A stretch of 16,350 nucleotides of DNA from Ascoidea asiatica JCM 7603 (Eukaryota > Fungi > Ascomycota): assembly GCA_001600695.1 (NCBI GenBank), contig BCKQ01000016.1, positions 38,800-55,149 on the forward strand, given 5' to 3'. This document shows positions 9,910 to 16,350 of the stretch, piece after piece. The notes below the pieces were generated by a model, which worked only from the letters and a program-made list of their open reading frames with translations, was not told the DNA's origin and searched no databases. The stretch's first letter is position 1, and each line of letters begins with the position of its first letter. Position numbers and translations under genes: made by a program.

Positions 9910-10739
9910 TACAAAAATTGTTTTTTTATAACCTTATTTTATTGTACAACTTAGTTTATTGTAATTTTTTATATATAATAATTTTAATTTAAAACCGTTA
10001 TGTCGTTAGTGAAGTGCGTGGGACTCGCAGGGTCCGAGCTTTAGTTTTGTAAACAAACTTCTTTGAAAAATCAAAACATCAGTTACAAAATGGTATGTTG
10101 TTGCGTGCTAAAAAAACCCAAATGTAAATGGATCAGGGAATGCCAGCTATAAAATAAATGGAGCTGATAGCTCCCTTTATCTTGTAACTGGAGCTCAAAG
10201 TGGCTTCCTCTTATACCTGCAGTTCACGTGCTGTTGAGTTATAGCTGCACTTATGCATATCAAAACTTTTGCAAAACTGCTTTTTGTCTCATAACTAGTT
10301 CTCTAACTGTCTTTCAATTATAACAGTAAGTCACGAGACTTCTTCCTATAGGTCCACATATTAAACAACAATTGTGGAAGATTGCGCGAGTAAATCCCGG
10401 CAAAAGTTTGATAGAATAATTGAAAATGAGGACGAATTATTGAATATTACTATCCTCTAAATTAGAAATTATCAAATTTGAAATTGACGAAAAATGTTTT
10501 GATGAACCAACCCATTAGATTGAATATTAATCATATCAAATACAAAAATATCTGTTATTGTAATAAACTATTAACTTATTAATATATATTATAATGATAT
10601 TTTTCTTGATTGTTCTTCCTGTGATTTCTAATATATTCTAGTTTAATAAATGTTTTGTTCTTTTTCATCTTTTTCAGACCAATCGTATTACATTGATAAA
10701 AGTAATGTTTGAATAATAAATTCAAACTTTTCAGATTTT

Positions 10740-11600
10740 CGTCACATTGCACAAAAACATTAGCCCTCTCATACAAACGGCACCCAAACACAGTTTCTAC
10801 ATTTGTGGTGTGTTGATAAAATTGAGCTTATTAAGATGTTTTTACTTTTGTACAACCATGCGGAATTCGATTCATGTATAATAAATCCTTTTGTAATTAT
10901 TTCCAAGCTTCTTAGGATAATTGTATCTTATTAAAAACTTTGTAATTGTTTTACCAGGATGGGGAATCTTGTTAATATTTTGAAAAAACTTTCCAATTAA
11001 TAGAAAGTCCTTAGAAACAGTAACAAGTTTCTGAGAAATTTTATCTTTTCACAAAAATGCAAAGTTCCGTGCGTGATTACATAAGAACTTTGTAACTATT
11101 AGAAAGTTTTTGAACATTATCATTTTGCACTTGGAACACCATAACAAATATCCAGTAGTATTACCCGTGATGCCAGGTTATTTTCAATTTCTGTCCCCGA
11201 ATTGATAACACGAACTAATGAGCAAGACTTTTGCTAGCTAATTTATGTTCTACACACGGCGCACCATGTTTTTGGAAACGATTGCCAAAAAACTTAGGTT
11301 TATATTTTAGTGCCCAAATCATTATTAGTTTATGAACACCTGGCATATGCAACAAGAATTTTATCAACGCTTAGTTTTAGCATACAAAGTTGTGGGAATT
11401 AATGCAGGTGAAATGAATATTTCTGCTGAAAAAAAATATGATTGAGAAGCTTGGTTTCCATTTACACTGGAATATAAGGAATTACTTTCATGTTTCGATT
11501 TTACTACATATCAAGGAAGAAATTAAAAAATTAGATGTAATATTAAGAAAGGTCCTGCAGATAAAACGAAAAACGGCCATTGTTTCAATTCTACATTTTG
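10740..11600 (-). mobile_element. Degenerate, internally deleted piggyBac-like transposase
   Basis: Motifs occur in the expected order across frames: ETMAVFRFICRTFLNI (cf. xTMSRNRF...FLH), LSVDKILVAYAR (cf. LSVDExMVxFxGR), YKPKFFG (cf. KPxKYG), TTGYLL, AFL*KDK...LVTVS (cf. WKDxxxVxxLST) and C-terminal ETVFGCRL...C (Cys-rich tail). No TTAA-CCC termini found. Confidence 0.55.
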
Positions 11601-12496
11601 TGCCACCGCAAGATGTTTTAATTTGCTTTATAAAGCAAATTTGTGGCAGACAATAAAGTATGTTTTCCTGCAAAATCTGAAACAAGCATTTCAAAAACAC
11701 AGTTAGGTGCAAAACGTTATCTAAAATAGCGCTTTAATTTCTTAATCAAATAAATTAATTAAAGTAATAAAAATAAAATAATATTAATAAATGTAGATAA
11801 TATCATCAACGGTTATATATAATAAACTAAGATAACTTAAATTAAAATATAAATAAATAAAATAGGATGAATAAAGAGTATTCAACTTATTTATATTAAC
11901 TTGAAAATAAAACTAATTTTTAAAATAAAATCAGAAACTTAATTTGTAAACCTAAATCGCGTACAAATTAATAGCAAAAACATAAAAAGAATTTAAGAGG
12001 AATTGAGTTTTGATTAAACAAAATCCGCAAATCAAACAAATTCAAAACGCAATTAAACATTACATTAATTAAGACAACAGTTCAATCCAACAACAGAATC
12101 GCTAACTTATCAAATCAGTTAATAACAAGAGCTCTGCAAGTTAACCAATTAATTATAACTAATTAAAATTTTAAATGGTTCAACTAAACTAAAAACCCAA
12201 TTTCATTTTGCAGCCAAATATTAAACTTGCCTTTTATACAAAAAGGCACTTTAACTAAAACACTACCAACTTTAATTAATAAGAATAATTTTACCATATA
12301 ATATTTAAATTGCCTTTTGAAAGTTAAGGCAACTTAAATTTATTACCATCCAAAATAATGGTTGAAATTTCAAAACCAAATATGTGGAACACCTTTAAAA
12401 CATATGTTGGTTGTAACAAAAACATGTGACATAAACAAATAGAAAAACAAAAATAAAACAAAACATAAATCAAAAACAAATTATAATTGAAAATTA

Positions 12497-12664
12497 ATAA
12501 TTGCCAAGGATGCAATATTCATCACTTTAAAAAATTATCCAAATGAAGATGGTTTAGTTGTTCCTGAAGTTTTAAGAGAGTAAATTCCAGGTGAACCAGA
12601 ATTTTTACCTTTTGTTAAAGAACTTCCTAAAAATTCTATTAGTAAGAAAGTGGGTAAAAAATAA
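12497..12664 (+). pseudogene. SES1: Cytosolic seryl-tRNA synthetase C-terminal fragment
   Basis: TLKNYPNEDGLVVPEVLRE*IPGEPEFLPFVKELPKNSISKKVGKK* versus recalled yeast Ses1 ILENYQTEDGLVVPEVLRKYIPGEPEFLPFVNELPKNS. Internal TAA at 12581. Confidence 0.9.
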
Positions 12665-12699
12665 GCTTTTAGCTCTTTTAAATTTTGAATACAGGAATT

Positions 12700-13156
12700 G
12701 AAATCTTTTATAGTAATACAAAAAATCAAATTTCAATTATATGAACTTGGAAGTTGTAGCATGTTTTTGTTTAAACGTTTATTGATTCTATAAAAGTTCT
12801 TGGAATATAGAATTTGGTACATCAATTTCATATTCTTTTGTTCCTTTTATAAGCAATGGAATTAGTTCTCCTTTTCCTACAAAAAAACTATAATGACAGG
12901 CTATTTTCAATACTTCTTAAATCACAGTTTATATGGATATAAGAATCTGTTTGATAATGATTTAGCCTATAACTTTTTTCAAATACTTCAAAAGTTATAA
13001 ATTTTTTTATTTTTTCATGAAATTGTTCAGAAGTTTCATTTATAAGTGTCTTATTATTGTTGTCTGAAGAATCATCTTGAAAAACTATAGGGGGATAATC
13101 TTTTTGTTATTGTGATTTCGAAGATCATTTTCATCTTTTTGACCTTTAAGGTCCAT
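12700..13156 (-). pseudogene. Unidentified decayed 5' gene fragment
   Basis: ATG at 13156, MDLKGQKDENDLRNHN..., then a frameshift to ...HINCDLRSIENSLSL*FFVGKGELIPLLIKGTKEYEIDVPNSIFQELL*. Confidence 0.4.
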
Positions 13157-13469
13157 AAATTTTAAAATAATAAGATAAATTAATAATGTAACGTAATAAT
13201 AATCAGCAAAATATTAAATAAAATTAAAATAAAACTATCGATAATACAAATGAGCTTGTGAATCAATCTTTAACTAAGCATCTAAATTATTATGTAAATC
13301 AGTTTCTGAATAACTGTCGTTATCATGTTTTAAATCATTAAAAATAGAATCAAATTTTCTTTTAAGATTGATACCTTTTTAATGATTTTGATTTTGATTA
13401 TAATTACTAATTAATTGAATATTGGAAGTTGATATGAAATTTTTAACAATTAACGAATTTATATTGTTA

Positions 13470-14131
13470 TTAATATTTTTAATAAAAAAATTGAATAAAA
13501 TTAATCTAATATTATTAAATTTTTTTAATTTTGATTAGTTTAAGTATTGAATTTGTCTAACGGGTAAATTATAAAAAAGATTATTAATAATAATTATTGT
13601 ACCAGAACATGGAATTAAATCACCAATTGAATTAAAAATAAAAGAAATTGGAATATTAGATTTATTTTTAAAATATTATTTATAATTTTATTATGAATTT
13701 GAAATCAAATTTACAAAAGGATCATTATTAGAATATTGAACTGAGTATATGGTAATATTGTTATTTGGTAATAATTTTGTAAATTTTCCATTAATAAAAG
13801 ATTTTATATGAGTTGAATTGGGATCTTTTGATTTTGAAATTATGAACAAATTTTCAGAATATTTTATAATTGAATGTAATAAAGTATATGAAGTTTCTAA
13901 ATTTGCTAAGATTATTGGAAATCTTCCAATTCAATCATCTTTTAGAATAAAACTTAAGTTATTTAAATTTGATTTTAATTTCAAATTCAAATTTGTATTT
14001 GAGCTTGAATTTAAATTTATAATGAAATTTTGAGAAAAATTTACAATTTCTTTAATTACAATATTAATTGAATTTATTTTATCTTCCGAAGTTATTAAAG
14101 AAGCTAAATCATCATCCAAAGATTTTATATA
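13470..14131 (-). pseudogene. MLH3: MutL-family Mlh3 N-terminal GHKL ATPase fragment
   Basis: IKSLDDDLASLITS...IVIKEIVNFS...NLSFILKDD*IG...LHSIIKYSENLFIISKSKDPNS...DPF...SGTIIIINNLFYNLPVR...KKFNNIR. This matches recalled Mlh3 IRKLDSNV...AVREIVQNS...NLSFAVYDDGIG...LYSISNVSNLFVCSKKKDYNS...DPF...SGTVVIVEDMLYNLPVR...KTFNTIK. Confidence 0.85.
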
Positions 14132-14925
14132 AATGAGAAATCGTAAATTTTGTAGTTCGAAATATTTGTGCACTTGAAAATGGTGTAAATTTGTTGATCT
14201 AAGGAGACTTGTTTGATTTGTTTTTATTAAAAATGAGTTGAATCTTTTTGATGCCTGTATCAATCTTTTGAGAAATAGTTGGTATTATTGAATTTTTCTT
14301 CACCAGTTATAAACATTTGAACAGGTTCTGTTGCACTTTAAGCAGTTAAGAATTTATTTTCAATGGACAAATTTAATCATTAAATTTTTGTACTATAAAT
14401 TGAAGTTTCAAACTAATATAATTATTAACTAGATTTTGTTAAAAATTTTCATTATAGTTCATTGTTATATAATTATTATTATTTTTATGATAGCAAATGT
14501 TTATTTAAAAACCTAACATATTTACATGCTGATATTTTAGAATTATGAATAAAATTAATTTCCAAGCACTGGTTTGCCAAATGGGATTTTTATTGTTTTT
14601 AAAGATACTCGGGAAAGTTCCAATAATATTAGTGGGCCACGGGTTTGCTGAAATTTCCCAATGTTGATTTTCAGGATTTCCCGACAAGAAAAAGTAGTAC
14701 CGCAAAAAAATAAGCAATTTATCCTTGCCCTGGAAATGGTGAAGTGAATACGAAGTGAGCACTTGCGTTTGGTGCTGGCGCACATTCCCTTGTTCAGTTT
14801 ACAGAGGGTCCCCGAGTATTTTAACAAATTTTGATCAAGTCTGCATATAATTATAAGTATATAGTTCTACAAAGATGGGTGACTCAATATAAAAGGAGCT
14901 AAAAGGTTCACTTTGTTTTTATGTG

Positions 14926-15333
14926 TCATTTGGCATCTCTATGATCATTATTATCGCTAATTAGCTTAACATCTTCTTTTAAAATGCTTCTACCAATTTC
15001 ATTGAAACTTGAAGGATTTGTTTTATCCATTTTAGCATACGCATTTGTTGTTTCGATGGTTGGTATTGAATGTCCTGGAATCTTTAATGATCCTGGTAAC
15101 GGTAAAATATGCTTTTGATTACTTGAGGTTGAACCTGCAATATTGATAGATGATTTATTGTAATCGTTATAATTATTTGATATGTTTAATGTTGACTTTT
15201 TATAATTTGATGTTTGGGATCCATAACTACCTACATAATCTCTAGAATTATTATTATAATTACTAACATTAGAAATGTTATTAGTGAAAGATTGACTATT
15301 AGTGTGGTAGCTATAATTTTTATTATTATTATA

Positions 15334-15402
<69 letters not shown>

Positions 15403-16350
15403 GTTATTATTGTTATGATTAGTAGCAGTAGTAGTATTATTATGTTTATCACTATAATTATTAACTAAAGTAGTACCGGCAGCAGGAAATTCCTGGTTCA
15501 AATTCAATCCAGAGGAGTTGGAGTTATTTGAGTAGAAAGGGAATGGTAAACTACTAAATGATCCATTATTATAATATATTTGATTACTACCATAATTGTT
15601 ATTAAAATTATTGTTATAATAGTTATTGTAACTGTTATTAAGATTAGAATGAGGATTATTGTTGAAAGTACTGTTGAGATTATTATTCGATAATCTTGAG
15701 ATATAACTATTATGAAAGTTTGGGGATCCAGATAATAAATTATAATTACTCATTGGTGATGGTGAACTAAAGCTTGAGCCCCTACTATGACTTACATTAA
15801 CATTTTGAGAATGATTTTGTTGAGAATATTGACTATGATGAATTATTTGATTGACTTGTATTGCTGGATTTTGGTGATTTATGCTGTAACTAGACTCAAC
15901 AGGATTTTGATTCTGGCTCTTTTCTGCGTTAGCATGATGATTTGGTAGTAGCATACTAACGGTTAAGCTTTCAGTTAAAGCCTCATTGAAAGATTTCATA
16001 GAATTGAATTTTTTCAATGGATTCTTTTCCAAAATAAACGAGGCAGAATTATTAATCATTTTACTCTGAGCAATATTATCAGTAGCATTAATATTATTCA
16101 GGTGATTTAACTGATTGTTGACATTATTAATAGTATTGCTATTAATGATAGTGTTACTATTATTTTTGGATATATTACCTCTTAGAATACTGCCATTATT
16201 TGGAGATAATGAAGAAGAATTATTGAATCGAGATTGAGACACGTTATCGATCATTTTCAATAATTGGGGTATATCATCATCTGGATAAGAAGAATTGCTG
16301 AGAGCATTATTGTTTTTGGTTCTTTTATTATTATTATTATTATTATTATT
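14926..16350 (-). CDS. 3' part of an Asn/Ser-rich low-complexity protein, probably regulatory; truncated by the window edge
   Basis: The frame stays open from 16350 (NNNNNNNNKRTKNNNALSNSSYPDDDIPQLLKMIDN...) to the TGA at 14928-14926, at least 474 codons without stops. No folded domain falls inside the window. Confidence 0.85.
15334..15402. repeat. (ATT)23 microsatellite encoding poly-Asn
   Basis: Directly visible inside the CDS. Confidence 0.95.

Noticed and set aside
6390-13956. Short ORF-track entries such as 6390+, 7172+, 8506-, 9122+, 9704+, 11438+, 12535- and 13818+
   Set aside because: They are antisense shadows of the coding relics called on the opposite strand.
2175-14131. Stop-codon reassignment (TGA=Trp, TAA=Gln), suggested by TGA at conserved Trp sites (UBP15 Y*GF, piggyBac *KD)
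   Set aside because: Stops also replace Gly (MLH3), Leu (NTE1) and Tyr (SES1). Frameshifts and deletions co-occur, TGG is still used, and the intact gene has no internal stops. Ordinary decay explains it.
14505-14827. Two overlapping ~90-aa minus-strand ORFs
   Set aside because: No recognisable motifs or host-like composition; more likely GC-richer regulatory or terminal DNA.
15214-15468. Poly-Ile ORFs (15214-15468 + and 15231-15452 -)
   Set aside because: These are alternative-frame readings of the (ATT)n microsatellite.
1-16350. CRISPR array, tRNA/rRNA genes, Helitron Rep/helicase or retrotransposon gag/pol
   Set aside because: No repeat-spacer structure, cloverleaf, rRNA signature or corresponding protein motifs were seen.

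Overview
Very AT-rich, poly-Asn-rich eukaryotic DNA with no introns apparent in the recognisable coding stretches. It is most likely a budding yeast (Saccharomycotina), judged from recalled similarity of Ses1, Ubp15 and Mlh3 peptides. Only the right edge holds a clearly intact gene: the 3' end of an Asn/Ser-rich CDS on the minus strand (14926 to beyond 16350). The other ~14.5 kb is a dense patchwork of short, decayed, internally deleted fragments of unrelated housekeeping genes: UBP15 in two separated pieces, the NTE1 5' end, a LAA1-like 5' end, the SES1 3' end, the MLH3 5' end and several unidentified pieces. Mobile DNA is mixed in: a 1037-bp solo LTR with a perfect 5-bp TSD, a degenerate piggyBac-like transposase and a Harbinger-like Myb/SANT ORF. 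The main hypothesis is a gene-fragment capture/shuffling locus (Pack-type DNA transposon or similar). It is supported by a UBP15 copy split by a ~2.9-kb insert flanked by near-identical 12-mers, and by candidate TIRs around 8829-14789. All homologies are from manual translation and memory, not database searches. Pseudogene boundaries are approximate.
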